DNA of 51,983 nucleotides from Anaerolineae bacterium (GTDB taxonomy: Bacteria; Chloroflexota; Anaerolineae; Anaerolineales; E44-bin32). The notes beneath the pieces were generated by a model, which made no database searches, was not told where the DNA came from, and saw only the letters and a list, made by a program, of their open reading frames with translations. Shown here piece by piece: positions 36,905-48,488 of this stretch (its first letter is position 1; each line of letters begins with the position of its first letter). The position numbers and the translations under genes were made by a program. The DNA lies in NCBI GenBank assembly GCA_011174845.1, contig DUEW01000002.1, positions 1 through 51,983 on the forward strand, in the 5' to 3' direction.

Positions 36905-37671
36905 TAATAATGGGAACCTCAGGCTTTTCTTATGATGATTGGATCGGAGTTGTTTATCCTGCAGATCTTCCTCGTTGGAAGTGGTTGTCGTTCTACGCCT
37001 CTCAGTTCGATACCGTTGAATTAAACGTTACTTACTACCGTCTCCCATCGACCAAAATAGCGACCGGTTGGGTGGATCGAACACCGGAAGATTTTCGCTT
37101 CACCGTGAAGGCTCATCGCGGCTTGACCCATGAGAGGAAAAATCCCGATTTCGACGCGTACATCGAAAGCCTTTCGCCTCTCATCGAATCAGGAAAATTA
37201 GCGTCCGTCCTCGCCCAATTTCCACATTCTTTCCATCCCACACCTGCCAACCGGGACTATCTCCTTCGTGTTCGTGAAGGGCTATCGGAATTACCCGTTG
37301 TGATTGAGTTTCGGGACAGCGCTTGGGTCACGGAAGAGACCTTTGATCAGTTGGAGGCGTTAGACCTGGGATTCTGCTGTGTAGATGAACCGCAATTGAA
37401 AGGCCTCATGCCTCCAATATCTCGCGCCAGTGGTCCCGTCGCTTATGTACGCTTCCATGGTCGTAATGCTGAACGATGGTGGCAACATGAACACGCTTGG
37501 GAGCGCTACGATTACACCTATAACGAGTCCGAGCTGGCTGAGTGGATTCCGCGCATCAAGGAATTGGAGGCAGCCGCACCCTTGACTTTGGTTTACGCCA
37601 ACAATCATTACCGCGGTCAGAGTGTGGACACTCTACGAAAATTGAACCAGCTTCTCGTAGGCGAGGGATGA
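36901..37671 (+). CDS. DUF72 family protein
   Basis: GTSGFSY..W, VELN.TYY, QFP, EFR..W, YVRFHGRN, YDY.Y, NNH. Confidence 0.88.
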   Translation: MIIMGTSGFSYDDWIGVVYPADLPRWKWLSFYASQFDTVELNVTYYRLPSTKIATGWVDRTPEDFRFTVKAHRGLTHERKNPDFDAYIESLSPLIESGKLASVLAQFPHSFHPTPANRDYLLRVREGLSELPVVIEFRDSAWVTEETFDQLEALDLGFCCVDEPQLKGLMPPISRASGPVAYVRFHGRNAERWWQHEHAWERYDYTYNESELAEWIPRIKELEAAAPLTLVYANNHYRGQSVDTLRKLNQLLVGEG

Positions 37672-37814
37672 TGGGACGCCTTTGAGCTAATACTGCCAAC
37701 CTCAAGATGAATTCCTGCCTATTGGTACACACCTGGAGTCATCCAAATCATAGATACATCGAGATGAGATTTATTAATATAAATCGAGCCGTGTGACACT
37801 CGACGTCCCTCGAT

Positions 37815-37844
37815 TTGATGATCAAATACGCTGGGTGGTATAAT
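37815..37844 (+). promoter_or_regulatory. Putative promoter of yebC-ruvC-ruvA
   Basis: TTGATG-18 nt-TATAAT with extended -10 (TGGTATAAT). Confidence 0.5.
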
Positions 37845-37916
37845 GAATCGACAGCCATTTCCTCGCTTTCATGCCGAGATATCATAGCCTGCCAGCCAGG
37901 CTTGAAAGGGTGTGCA

Positions 37917-38672
37917 ATGTCTGGACATTCCAAGTGGTCAACCATTAAACGTAAGAAAGCCGCCGTTGACGCCAGGCGGGGGGCTCTTTTTACACGCTTG
38001 GCCCGTGAGATCACCATGGCTGCAAGAGAGGGCGGTGGAGATCCCAACACGAATTTCGCACTCCGGCTTGCCATTGAGCGCGCAAGAACCAACAATATGC
38101 CTAAAGGGAATATCGAGCGAGCCACCAATCGGGGCACTGGAAAGGATAAGGAAGGTGCATCGCTCGAGCAGATCATGTATGAAGGATACGCTCCGAACGG
38201 CATTGCCTTGATAATCGACGTTGTCACCGATAACCGCAATCGAGCCGTCGCCGAAGTGCGACATGTATTGACCCGTGCGGGTGGCAATATGGCAGAGGCG
38301 GGCTCTGTTTCTTGGCAATTTCGGCGCGCGGCGTATTTCGCTTTTTCTGCAGAGGATCTTGATCGCGAGCAAATCTTCGATTTGGCCGTTGAGGCTGGAG
38401 CCGATGACGTTGTTCTGGGGGATGATGATATCGAGATTGTTGGTCCCGTGGAGACATTTAAGGAGGTTAGCCTTCGACTACAGGACGCTAATATCCGTCC
38501 TGATGAGGCAGCTTTGAAAATGCTTCCCAACTCGGTGGTTCAACTACCATCGGATCAGGCAGTCAGGGTGATGCGATTAATCGAAGATTTGGAAGACCTC
38601 ACTGACGTACAAGATGTCTTTTCTAATTTGGACATCACCGAGGAGGCGGTTGTCCTCCTCGAGGCTGCGTAG
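37917..38672 (+). CDS. yebC: YebC/PmpR family protein
   Basis: MSGHSKWSTIKRKK, YEGYAP.G, TDNRNR, DVQDVFSN. Confidence 0.95.
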   Translation: MSGHSKWSTIKRKKAAVDARRGALFTRLAREITMAAREGGGDPNTNFALRLAIERARTNNMPKGNIERATNRGTGKDKEGASLEQIMYEGYAPNGIALIIDVVTDNRNRAVAEVRHVLTRAGGNMAEAGSVSWQFRRAAYFAFSAEDLDREQIFDLAVEAGADDVVLGDDDIEIVGPVETFKEVSLRLQDANIRPDEAALKMLPNSVVQLPSDQAVRVMRLIEDLEDLTDVQDVFSNLDITEEAVVLLEAA

Positions 38673-38700
38673 GCTTCCTCCACACAGGAATGTGGACAGC

Positions 38701-39201
38701 ATGCTGGTGATCGGCATTGATCCAGGGACAGCGAGTACTGGTTATGGATTTGTTCAACTAACAGCGAATGGCGGGCTCGAACTTGTCGATTTTGGCGTAA
38801 TCACTACACTTCCCAACCTACCTATGCCGGATCGCCTTCACCTCCTGTATAATCAATTGTCTCAACTCCTAACTCTCCACCAACCCAATAGCGGTGCGGT
38901 GGAGAAGCTGTATTTCCAGCGAAATGTATCGACGGCGATTTCTGTTGGTCAGGCAAGGGGGGTGACACTCCTGGCTTTAGCTGAAGCGGGTGTTCGGGTC
39001 TCGGAGTACTCGCCGCGTGAGATCAAACAGGCCATCGTGGGATATGGCGGAGCGGAAAAAAAACAGATACAACAAATGGTACAGACTTTGTTAGAGATGG
39101 AAACTCTCCCCGAACCGGATGACGCTGCAGACGCGCTCGCTATTGCGATATGTCATCTGCATTCCCTTCCCATGCGTGGGCTGTTGGAGGAGACTTCGTG
39201 A
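38701..39201 (+). CDS. ruvC: Holliday junction resolvase RuvC
   Basis: GIDPG, VE..YF..N, GQARG, PDDAADALAIAICH. Confidence 0.95.
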   Translation: MLVIGIDPGTASTGYGFVQLTANGGLELVDFGVITTLPNLPMPDRLHLLYNQLSQLLTLHQPNSGAVEKLYFQRNVSTAISVGQARGVTLLALAEAGVRVSEYSPREIKQAIVGYGGAEKKQIQQMVQTLLEMETLPEPDDAADALAIAICHLHSLPMRGLLEETS

Positions 39202-39776
39202 TCGCTTTCCTTCGGGGCCTAGTCCAACATATAGGGGAAGGTGAGCTTGTACTCGAGGTCGGGGGCGTCGGGTTAAGTGTAACTGTCCCCAAGGTCGTTC
39301 TCGAAGAGGCACCCGCCATAGGTCAACCCATGTTCCTGCACACTTATTTTGTGGTTCGGGATGCTTCGCTAAGCCTCTATGGTTTCAGCACTGTTGACCA
39401 GAGGGAATTATTTGAACTGCTATTACAAGTAAATGGCGTTGGACCTAAATTGGCGATCGCTGTGCTTTCGTACCTTTCACCGGATGTAATTCGGAGCGCA
39501 GTTGTGAATAATCAACCCGAAGTTCTCTCAAGGGTACCAGGTGTTGGACGGAAAACAGCACAAAAAATGATCTTCCATCTCAAAGACCGCCTCGTTGCGC
39601 CCCTCGAGGAGATTGGACTACCGAGCGAAATTGATACTGAGGTTTTGAGCGTGCTGACTGCGTTAGGTTACAGTCTAGTTGAGGCGCAAACTGCTTTGGG
39701 GTTCATCCCGGAAGATGCACCACAGGATGTCGAAGGGCGCGTAAAATTCGCTTTGAAATATTTCGCTCGACCTTAG
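39198..39776 (+). CDS. ruvA: Holliday junction branch-migration protein RuvA
   Basis: IAFLRG, GGVG, LYGF, VNGVGPK, VPGVGRKTA, ALGY; GTG start with GGAGG RBS. Confidence 0.95.
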   Translation: MIAFLRGLVQHIGEGELVLEVGGVGLSVTVPKVVLEEAPAIGQPMFLHTYFVVRDASLSLYGFSTVDQRELFELLLQVNGVGPKLAIAVLSYLSPDVIRSAVVNNQPEVLSRVPGVGRKTAQKMIFHLKDRLVAPLEEIGLPSEIDTEVLSVLTALGYSLVEAQTALGFIPEDAPQDVEGRVKFALKYFARP

Positions 39777-39955
39777 GCGGGAATAACCATTACAGCCATA
39801 AGCCAAGCGTTCGATTGACAAGTAATAAATTTGTCATGAGTTTCTGGGGTAGGCTCAAGCTTGCCTTTTGTTCAGAATCCCGCGTTGATCAACTATAACG
39901 AGAGAAGAATATTAGGTTAATTCAACGGAAGCTGAGCTTGACATCGGTCGTTGGC

Positions 39956-39984
39956 TGGACAAAAGGTAAGCCATCAGGTATTAT
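39956..39984 (+). promoter_or_regulatory. Putative promoter of atpAGDC
   Basis: TGGACA-17 nt-TATTAT in the ruvA-atpA intergenic region. Confidence 0.35.
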
Positions 39985-40155
39985 TCCCGCGTCTTATTTC
40001 GACTGTGTCCCATGTTGCAGGACTACCTCGGTGGACCATGTCAATAATGGACAATGACGGCCTGGCCTTCGATGTATATCGTATGTTGCCGGGCCTGATA
40101 CTGTGACTCTAGAACACTCGACAAAGGGAAAATCCCCCGCTGATTTGGAGGTGCC

Positions 40156-41817
40156 ATGTCGGATTTAGTCAGCAGCCTCTCCTCGGAGCTCCGCCGACAA
40201 ATCGATGAGTTCTCACCAGAGGTTGAACTGAAAGATGTCGGTTCCGTACTCGAAGCCGGCGATGGTATCGCTAGAATCTCCGGTTTAGCTGACGTGAGCT
40301 CGCAGGAATTGGTGCAATTTGCTAACGGCGTCATGGGCATCGCCTTTAACCTCGAAGCAGATTCGGTCGGTGTGATCGTGATGGGAGAGTATTCTGGTAT
40401 TGAGGAAGGGATGACCGTTTATAGCACAGGACGCATCGCTTCGGTTCCTGTAGGCGAGGATTTGGTGGGTCGTGTCGTAAACGCTTTAGGAGAGCCAATT
40501 GACGGCAAAGGTCCCGTCCAATTCGAATCCTTCAGACCAATTGAGCGGATCGCACCAGGTGTGGTGAAGCGTAAGGATGTGGACACTCCGGTCATGACAG
40601 GGATTAAAGCTATTGACGCGATGACCCCCATCGGTCGAGGCCAGCGTGAGTTAATCATCGGTGATAGGCAAACGGGTAAGACGGCGCTTGTCATTGACAC
40701 GATCATCAATCAAAAAGGGAAAGACTTAATTTGTATCTATGTTGCTATCGGCCAGAAACGAGCAGGTATTGCTCGTACCGTGGCAACGCTAGAACGATTT
40801 GGTGCCATGGATCACACCGTTGTGGTCGTAGCTGCTGCGGATGAACCAGCAGCATTGCAGTATATCGCTCCTTATGCAGGTTGCGCGATTGGCGAGTCGT
40901 TTGCTGTGCGTGGGCTTGACGCGCTGGTCGTATATGACGACCTCTCAAAACATGCATGGGCTTACCGTCAGGTGTCTCTACTTCTGCGACGTCCTCCGGG
41001 GCGAGAGGCATACCCAGGGGACGTATTCTATCTTCATAGCCGATTGTTGGAACGCGCGGTGCGTATAGCCGATCAGTATATGTTGGTAGCGGATGAATTT
41101 GAGGGAGAGGCTGAGGTGGAAGCTTCGGTTGATGGGCGGATTTTCGATGGACCCTTGGCTCGGCATGATGCTGAGCAGGCATTGGAAGCGATGACCGAGG
41201 GGGATAAGAATCGTGTCGCTAAAGTAAGAGGCTCAGGAGGTTCGCTTACTGCGTTACCGATCATTGAAACCCAACTGGGGGATGTCTCTGCTTACATCCC
41301 CACCAACGTGATCTCGATTACGGATGGACAGATCTATCTTGAGACTGATCTCTTCAACGCGGGCATACGTCCAGCGATCAACGCGGGACTGTCGGTATCA
41401 CGAGTGGGCGGAGATGCTCAAACGCGAGCGATGAAGCAGGTGGTGGGGATGTTGCGCTTGGATATGGCATCTTATCGAGAGGTGGCCGCTTTCGCCCAAT
41501 TTGGTTCGGACTTGGATAAAGCGACATTGTCGCAACTTAACCGTGGTCAGAGATTACAAGAAATTCTCAAACAACCGCAGTACCAACCTCTCGGGTTAGA
41601 ACAGCAAGTGGTCGTACTTTTTGCAGGAACACATGGCTATGCGGATGAAATTCCTCTTGATCAAATGGGGGAGTGGCAGGAAAAACTGCTGCGTAACCTC
41701 GAAACCTCGCACATCGAGATTCTTAAGGATATAGATGAACGTAAAGAATTAACATCTGAGACGGAGATCGAATTACGACAAGCCATCGAGACCTTTAATC
41801 GTGGTTGGCTTGGGTAG
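40156..41817 (+). CDS. atpA: F1 ATP synthase alpha subunit (with internal insertion)
   Basis: [45 protein letters not shown]. Confidence 0.97.
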   Translation: MSDLVSSLSSELRRQIDEFSPEVELKDVGSVLEAGDGIARISGLADVSSQELVQFANGVMGIAFNLEADSVGVIVMGEYSGIEEGMTVYSTGRIASVPVGEDLVGRVVNALGEPIDGKGPVQFESFRPIERIAPGVVKRKDVDTPVMTGIKAIDAMTPIGRGQRELIIGDRQTGKTALVIDTIINQKGKDLICIYVAIGQKRAGIARTVATLERFGAMDHTVVVVAAADEPAALQYIAPYAGCAIGESFAVRGLDALVVYDDLSKHAWAYRQVSLLLRRPPGREAYPGDVFYLHSRLLERAVRIADQYMLVADEFEGEAEVEASVDGRIFDGPLARHDAEQALEAMTEGDKNRVAKVRGSGGSLTALPIIETQLGDVSAYIPTNVISITDGQIYLETDLFNAGIRPAINAGLSVSRVGGDAQTRAMKQVVGMLRLDMASYREVAAFAQFGSDLDKATLSQLNRGQRLQEILKQPQYQPLGLEQQVVVLFAGTHGYADEIPLDQMGEWQEKLLRNLETSHIEILKDIDERKELTSETEIELRQAIETFNRGWLG

Positions 41818-41842
41818 AGTATAACTATAGGAGCGGATAGGT

Positions 41843-42778
41843 ATGGCCTCAGCGCGTGAGATGCGATTGCGTATCAGGAGCGTGGAGAATATCGCGCAGG
41901 TCACACGCGCGCTAGAAGCAGTTAGTGCAAGCCGGGTACGAAAAGCAGAACAGCGTGTGCGGCAAACCCGACCTTATGCTAGCAAAGCGTGGCAAGTCCT
42001 TCGACATTTATCGCTCCAACCAGGGCGTGATATGGTTCACCCGCTGTTGACACATCGTGAGGTTGTCGAAAATATCTTAGTCGTTCTCGTGAGCGGTGAT
42101 CGAGGGCTGGCTGGAGCCTATAACACGAACGTCATCCGCTACACCCTTGAAGCTTTCCAGAATTCTTCAGCTGAGGTCACATATATCACCGTCGGACGAA
42201 AGGGAAGGGATATGCTCCTTCGACGGAGGAAAAACATCCTCGCCGAATTCAGCAACTTGCCGAAGGAGCCGACTTTTGCTGATGTCTCAGCAATTGGTCG
42301 TATCGCCATTGATGAATATCTAGAAAGCAAGGCGGATCAAGTGTGGCTGGTTTACACTGATTTCGTTAATCTCCTGCGTCAAATTCCGGCGAGCAAACTT
42401 CTGCTTCCAGTTGAATTGGAGGAGATTCCCATTGGTGCTAACATCGCTGATGTTCAACCATCCGTAGGGGAGCATGAGGGTCCTGAACCGACCTATATTT
42501 ACGAACCAAGCCGTGATGTGTTGGTTGACGAAATCGTTCCAAGATTAACGGAATTGCAGATTTATCAAGCCATCATTGAGTCGCTAGCCAGTGAGCACGC
42601 TGCTCGCATGGTGACGATGCGAAATGCGACCGAAAACGCAGTCGATCTCGCTGATGCTTTACGCTTAGAGTACAACAAAGCAAGGCAGTGGGCGATCACC
42701 AGCGATATGCTGGATATCGCAGGTGGAGCAGAAGCCCTCGCGCAGTCGCAAGACTTGTGTAATAAAAGCCCGGAGTAA
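41843..42778 (+). CDS. atpG: F1 ATP synthase gamma subunit
   Basis: DRGLAG.YN, SEHAARM..M.NAT.NA, YNKARQ..IT. Confidence 0.96.
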   Translation: MASAREMRLRIRSVENIAQVTRALEAVSASRVRKAEQRVRQTRPYASKAWQVLRHLSLQPGRDMVHPLLTHREVVENILVVLVSGDRGLAGAYNTNVIRYTLEAFQNSSAEVTYITVGRKGRDMLLRRRKNILAEFSNLPKEPTFADVSAIGRIAIDEYLESKADQVWLVYTDFVNLLRQIPASKLLLPVELEEIPIGANIADVQPSVGEHEGPEPTYIYEPSRDVLVDEIVPRLTELQIYQAIIESLASEHAARMVTMRNATENAVDLADALRLEYNKARQWAITSDMLDIAGGAEALAQSQDLCNKSPE

Positions 42779-44182
<1,404 letters not shown>

Positions 44183-44211
44183 TTAGCATATGATATGAAG
44201 GTGATGGGAAG

Positions 44212-44661
44212 ATGCCGATTCGATGTGAGATAGTCACCCAGGATAGATCGCTCTTCGAGGGCCCTGCCGACATCGTGATCGCACCTGGCTCAGAAGGTGA
44301 ATTAGGAATTTTACCTGATCATGCACCTCTTTTGGCAATGCTCGGCTATGGTTTATTGAGAGTGCGCCATAAAGGTGAAGAAGAAATCTTTACCATTGCT
44401 GGTGGCGTGCTGGAAGTTCGACCGGATATCGTGACCGTGCTAGCAGACGTGGGCGAGCACGTTGACGAGATTGACCTTGGGCGTGCTGAAGCCGCGAAAG
44501 CGCGAGCGGAGGAGCTGCTAAAGAAGGGTCCACCCCCCGACACAGACGAATATTTGGCGATCCAAGCTGCTCTCAAACGTTCGAATATAAGGCTTGAGGC
44601 GGCCCGTCGCTACAGACGAGCTCGTCGTCCCTCAAGGCCATCGGCTTCTGCAGAGGAGTGA
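44212..44661 (+). CDS. atpC: F1 ATP synthase epsilon subunit
   Basis: GELGILPDHAP, GG.LEV, VTVLAD, ID..RA..A..RA. Confidence 0.93.
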   Translation: MPIRCEIVTQDRSLFEGPADIVIAPGSEGELGILPDHAPLLAMLGYGLLRVRHKGEEEIFTIAGGVLEVRPDIVTVLADVGEHVDEIDLGRAEAAKARAEELLKKGPPPDTDEYLAIQAALKRSNIRLEAARRYRRARRPSRPSASAEE

Positions 44662-44668
44662 TATTTCG

Positions 44669-45676
44669 ATGCCACTCTTTGGCAAAGATTTGGGGATAGA
44701 TCTAGGCACGGTCAATACACTGATATGTGATGGCAGCGAGATCGTGCTTCACGAACCGACCGTCGTCGCCATTGATATCGATGAATTGAAGATCGTGGAT
44801 GTGGGTCAATCAGCGCGCGAAATGGATGGTCGTGTACCGGATGTGATTGAGGTCTCACGACCATTACGGGATGGCGTGATCGCCGACTTCGAAGTCACAC
44901 ATCGCATGTTAGGACATTTCATCGAAAAAGTTTGTGGACCAGCGCGATTGTTCAAGCCGAGGTTGATGATCACCATCCCATTAGGCGTGACAAGTGTCGA
45001 AAGCCGAGCGGTACACGAGGCTGCGCTTCAAGCTGGAGGGCGAGAAGTTCATCTCATACAAGAACCACTGGCAGCAGCCATCGGAGTTGGTTTGCCCATA
45101 GCAACTCCCTCTGGAAACATGGTCGTGAACCTAGGAGGGGGCGTGACCCAAGCAGCTGTGATCGCGATGGGTGGAATCGTCGCAGGTGATGCGACTCGCA
45201 TCGGGGGTATGAAGCTGGATGAGGCGATTATCTCTTATGTGCGGAAAAAGTATGGTCTCGTCATTGGGCCGAGAACGGCTGAGGAAGCGAAGATCAGAAT
45301 CGGCGCAGCTATTCCACCCGATGAAGAAAACCTGATCGAAATCCAGGGTCAGGATCAAGTGACCGGTTTGCCTCGCCCGATCACTCTCACCACCAGTGAA
45401 ATCGTGGAAGCATTGCAGGAGACCCTTCATTTACAGCTTGTGGCTGTGAGGAATGTGCTAGAGCGGACTCCACCGGAATTGGCATCGGATATTATCGATA
45501 GGGGGATGTTGATCTGTGGTGGTGGATCGCTGTTACGTGGCATCGACAAGTGGTTAACCAGCGAAACAGGCGTACCAGCTTATGTGGCCGAAGAGCCAGT
45601 GGTATGCTCCTCAAAGGGGGCGGCTCGTGGCCTGGGAATGCTGGAAAGATTGCTCCGAACGTTACCCGCGGTTTAA
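44669..45676 (+). CDS. mreB: Rod shape-determining actin-like protein MreB/Mbl
   Basis: GIDLGT.NT, EPTVVA, PLRDGVIADF, EP.AAAIG, PPELASDI; start set to ATG 44669. Confidence 0.93.
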   Translation: MPLFGKDLGIDLGTVNTLICDGSEIVLHEPTVVAIDIDELKIVDVGQSAREMDGRVPDVIEVSRPLRDGVIADFEVTHRMLGHFIEKVCGPARLFKPRLMITIPLGVTSVESRAVHEAALQAGGREVHLIQEPLAAAIGVGLPIATPSGNMVVNLGGGVTQAAVIAMGGIVAGDATRIGGMKLDEAIISYVRKKYGLVIGPRTAEEAKIRIGAAIPPDEENLIEIQGQDQVTGLPRPITLTTSEIVEALQETLHLQLVAVRNVLERTPPELASDIIDRGMLICGGGSLLRGIDKWLTSETGVPAYVAEEPVVCSSKGAARGLGMLERLLRTLPAV

Positions 45677-45850
45677 TTTCACGACAAATCTACTTTTCAT
45701 CGCTGGCACAACAAACAAACTATGGTCGTAAACCGAATAGTGAACCTGAGAATCTGACTTGTGCGTTTTCCAGGCGGCATCTGAGAACCTCGCCGAAAGT
45801 ATTTTTACGGGGAGGTGTCCATTGAATGTCCTTCCATTCCCATACATTAT

Positions 45851-46060
45851 ATAGGTCGCAGGCTTTAGCCTGTGCTTCTCTTCGCACCCTAAAGGGTGCG
45901 GCTGCATTCTGGTCTTGTAGTCCCTACTGTAACCGTAGGCTTTAGCCTACGCTTCTCTTCGCACCCTAAAGGGTGCGGCTGCATTCTGGTCTTGTAGTCC
46001 CTACTGTAGCCGCAGGCTTTAGCCTGCGCTTCTCTTCGCACCCTAAAGGGTGCGGCTGCA
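45851..46060. repeat. Array 2 of the same REP-like element, inverted relative to array 1 (3 x 56 bp; 45851-45906, 45928-45983, 46005-46060; 77-bp period)
   Basis: TGTAGCCGCAGGCTTTAGCCTGCG-CTTCTCTT-CGCACCCTAAAGGGTGCGGCTGCA with identical 21-nt linkers TTCTGGTCTTGTAGTCCCTAC. Confidence 0.88.
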
Positions 46061-46145
46061 TTCTTCTTCCCACACCTCCAACATCGTTCCCTTTCCCCTT
46101 ATAGCCGTCCCTTTCTTCTGCAGACATCGTCATGATGTAAATATT

Positions 46146-46183
46146 AAAAAAAAGGATGACGCACCGATCACGGTGCGTTATTC
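46146..46183 (-). terminator. Intrinsic terminator downstream of rex
   Basis: GATGACGCACCG-ATCA-CGGTGCGTTATT hairpin with A8 on the plus side (T8 on minus). Confidence 0.7.
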
Positions 46184-46250
46184 ATCGGTAGTGAACTTAA
46201 GAATTACTCTAACGAGATTGAGGGATGAGTTGGTTCGTTTGATGCCCGTG

Positions 46251-46871
46251 CTAGGGTAGGTAATACGTCATGTGTTGTAGATGTAGGACGGGGTCTATGT
46301 ATAGAATTTTAACTTTCTCAGGTACGTTAATCGAGACAGGAGCATAGCACAATATGGCGCGGATACCAGCCTCTACTAACAAATCCGTGACACTCTGAGC
46401 ATCCGATGCAGGGACCGCGAGCATGGCAACGCGGATTTTTTCTCTTCGTATCTCGTTCACCATTAACGTTACATCGCGAATGGTGAAATCTCCCACTCTT
46501 TGGCCAATTTTTTGGGTATCGCTATCATAAACCTTAGTGATACGGAAACCGCGATCGAGGAATCCCGTGTAGTGAGCAATCGCTCGACCTAAATCCCCGA
46601 CCCCCACAAGAACGACATTCCATACCTTGTTAACTTTTAAGACACGCCGTAACTGTTCGACCAAGAAAGAGATGTTGTAACCGGTTCCTTGTTTACCAAA
46701 CTCCCCAAATTGAGAGAGATCTTTGCGTATCTGCGCAGACGATATCCCAAGCCGACGTCCAAGCTCGTGGGAGGAAGTGATGACTTTTCCTTCCTCAGCC
46801 ATCCTCGTTAATTCACGCAGGTAGAGCGGTATACGACCAACAATGATATCCGGGATGATGGATTGGTCCAT
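46251..46871 (-). CDS. rex: Redox-sensing transcriptional repressor Rex
   Basis: R.PLY.R, SS.ELG, QIRKDLS.FGEFG..G.GY, VGVGDLG. Confidence 0.95.
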   Translation of the reverse strand: MDQSIIPDIIVGRIPLYLRELTRMAEEGKVITSSHELGRRLGISSAQIRKDLSQFGEFGKQGTGYNISFLVEQLRRVLKVNKVWNVVLVGVGDLGRAIAHYTGFLDRGFRITKVYDSDTQKIGQRVGDFTIRDVTLMVNEIRREKIRVAMLAVPASDAQSVTDLLVEAGIRAILCYAPVSINVPEKVKILYIDPVLHLQHMTYYLP

Positions 46872-47222
46872 TTCTTACTCCAAAGAGTTTCAAATCCAAT
46901 GAGGCGAATCTATCATAATAGAATCATGCATGCAAACATGTGATCCTTCAATCTGGTAACTTGCACATTAGTAGTTAAAGCTCCCTCAGCCCTTTCCTGC
47001 TCGTTCTAATGGTTCGGCGAGCTCACCTCCACGAGCTATGTGGTGAGTTTGTTGAAAGATGGTTGAAGGGTGCATCCTCCTTGATGACCTCATCCGTTGA
47101 CATCCTCTGACAAAGATCCCTATGCCATGGCAAATCCCACATCAAATCCGTTTGATCAATGCGTCTCTAAATATGTAATCATGGTATATTCATGAATTGA
47201 CTTCGTGTATCGATGGTGAGCT

Positions 47223-48488
47223 ATGTTCTTTGATGAGGCACGGATCTTCGTGTCCTCCGGACGAGGGGGAAATGGTGTCGTTCACTTTCGCCGAGAAAAG
47301 TACGTTCCCCTTGGTGGGCCAGACGGAGGTAATGGCGGGAAGGGAGGGGATGTCATCCTTGAAGTTGCTCCAACCTTGAACACCTTATCCGCATTCCGGC
47401 GTAGGCGTCGTTTCCATGCGGCTGATGGAGGACATGGTGGGGGGAACAACAAATCAGGACGTAATGGTACGGATGAGATCATCCACGTTCCTCCTGGAAC
47501 CGTCGTGCGGGATGAAAACTCTGGGGAGTTACTTGGCGATTTGGTTCAGCCAGCTCAACGATTAGTTGTCTGCAATGGCGGACGAGGTGGTCGTGGTAAT
47601 GCTCGTTTTGCTACCTCTCGTAACCAAGCGCCCCGCGTCGCAGAGAAAGGTGAACCTTGTCAAGAACGATGGCTTCTGCTCGAACTTCGTCTAATAGCGG
47701 ATATAGGCATCGTTGGGGTTCCAAATGCTGGAAAATCTACCTTGTTAGCGGCCGTGACCAATGCTCGTCCCAAAATCGCAGATTATCCTTTTACAACATT
47801 ACAACCAAATCTGGGCGTTGCTGAATTGGACAATGAGGTGACGTTAGTATTGGCGGACATCCCAGGATTAATTGAGGGGGCTCACGCCGGAGAAGGATTA
47901 GGCTTTGCTTTTCTTCGACACATACAACGCACTCGTGTCCTGATCCATCTGATCGATGGTTCATCTGTTGATCCCTTGGCAGATTTCTCACAGGTGAACA
48001 CCGAACTTGCCCTCTTCGATAAAAGGTTGACGGAAAAGCCAGTCTTGGTGGCGGTCAATAAATTAGATTTACCTGATGTGAAGACCCGTTGGCCAGATCT
48101 TGAAGCACAATTCAGCCAACGAGGCTATGACCCATTGCCCATCTCAGCTTTAGCTCGTGAGGGATTGAGGAAGCTGCTATACAAAGCGCATGAAGCCTTA
48201 CAGAAAGCCGAATCTCATGAAGTGATGCAGGAAGAACTACCGGTTTACCGATCTGAGCCGGATCCTACCGAATTCGAAGTCTCTCAGGAAACCGATGGAG
48301 GATGGCGCGTCTCCGGCGTGGCGATAGAACGTGCTGCCCATATGACATATTGGGAGTACGATGAGGCGGTTCGCCGTTTTCAGCGTCTACTGGAGCGCAT
48401 GGGGGTAGAGGACGCGCTTCGTCAAGCTGGGGCGAAATCTGGCGACACTGTCCGAATAGGGGAATACGAGCTGGAATGGCTGGATTAA
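47223..48488 (+). CDS. obgE: GTPase ObgE/CgtA
   Basis: FRREKYVP.GGPDGG, GVPNAGKST, ADYPFTT, DIPGLIEGA, NKLD, C-terminal OCT domain. Confidence 0.97.
   Translation: MFFDEARIFVSSGRGGNGVVHFRREKYVPLGGPDGGNGGKGGDVILEVAPTLNTLSAFRRRRRFHAADGGHGGGNNKSGRNGTDEIIHVPPGTVVRDENSGELLGDLVQPAQRLVVCNGGRGGRGNARFATSRNQAPRVAEKGEPCQERWLLLELRLIADIGIVGVPNAGKSTLLAAVTNARPKIADYPFTTLQPNLGVAELDNEVTLVLADIPGLIEGAHAGEGLGFAFLRHIQRTRVLIHLIDGSSVDPLADFSQVNTELALFDKRLTEKPVLVAVNKLDLPDVKTRWPDLEAQFSQRGYDPLPISALAREGLRKLLYKAHEALQKAESHEVMQEELPVYRSEPDPTEFEVSQETDGGWRVSGVAIERAAHMTYWEYDEAVRRFQRLLERMGVEDALRQAGAKSGDTVRIGEYELEWLD

Noticed and set aside
41074-41229. Intein in AtpA
   Set aside because: Too short and lacks an N-terminal Cys/Ser and C-terminal His-Asn
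45851-46060. CRISPR array
   Set aside because: Linkers are identical and short (21 nt); tandem REP-like repeat fits better
46872-47222. Rex operator (TTGTGAA-N4-TTCACAA) upstream of rex
   Set aside because: Only half-site-like matches such as ATGTGAT were seen; no convincing palindrome
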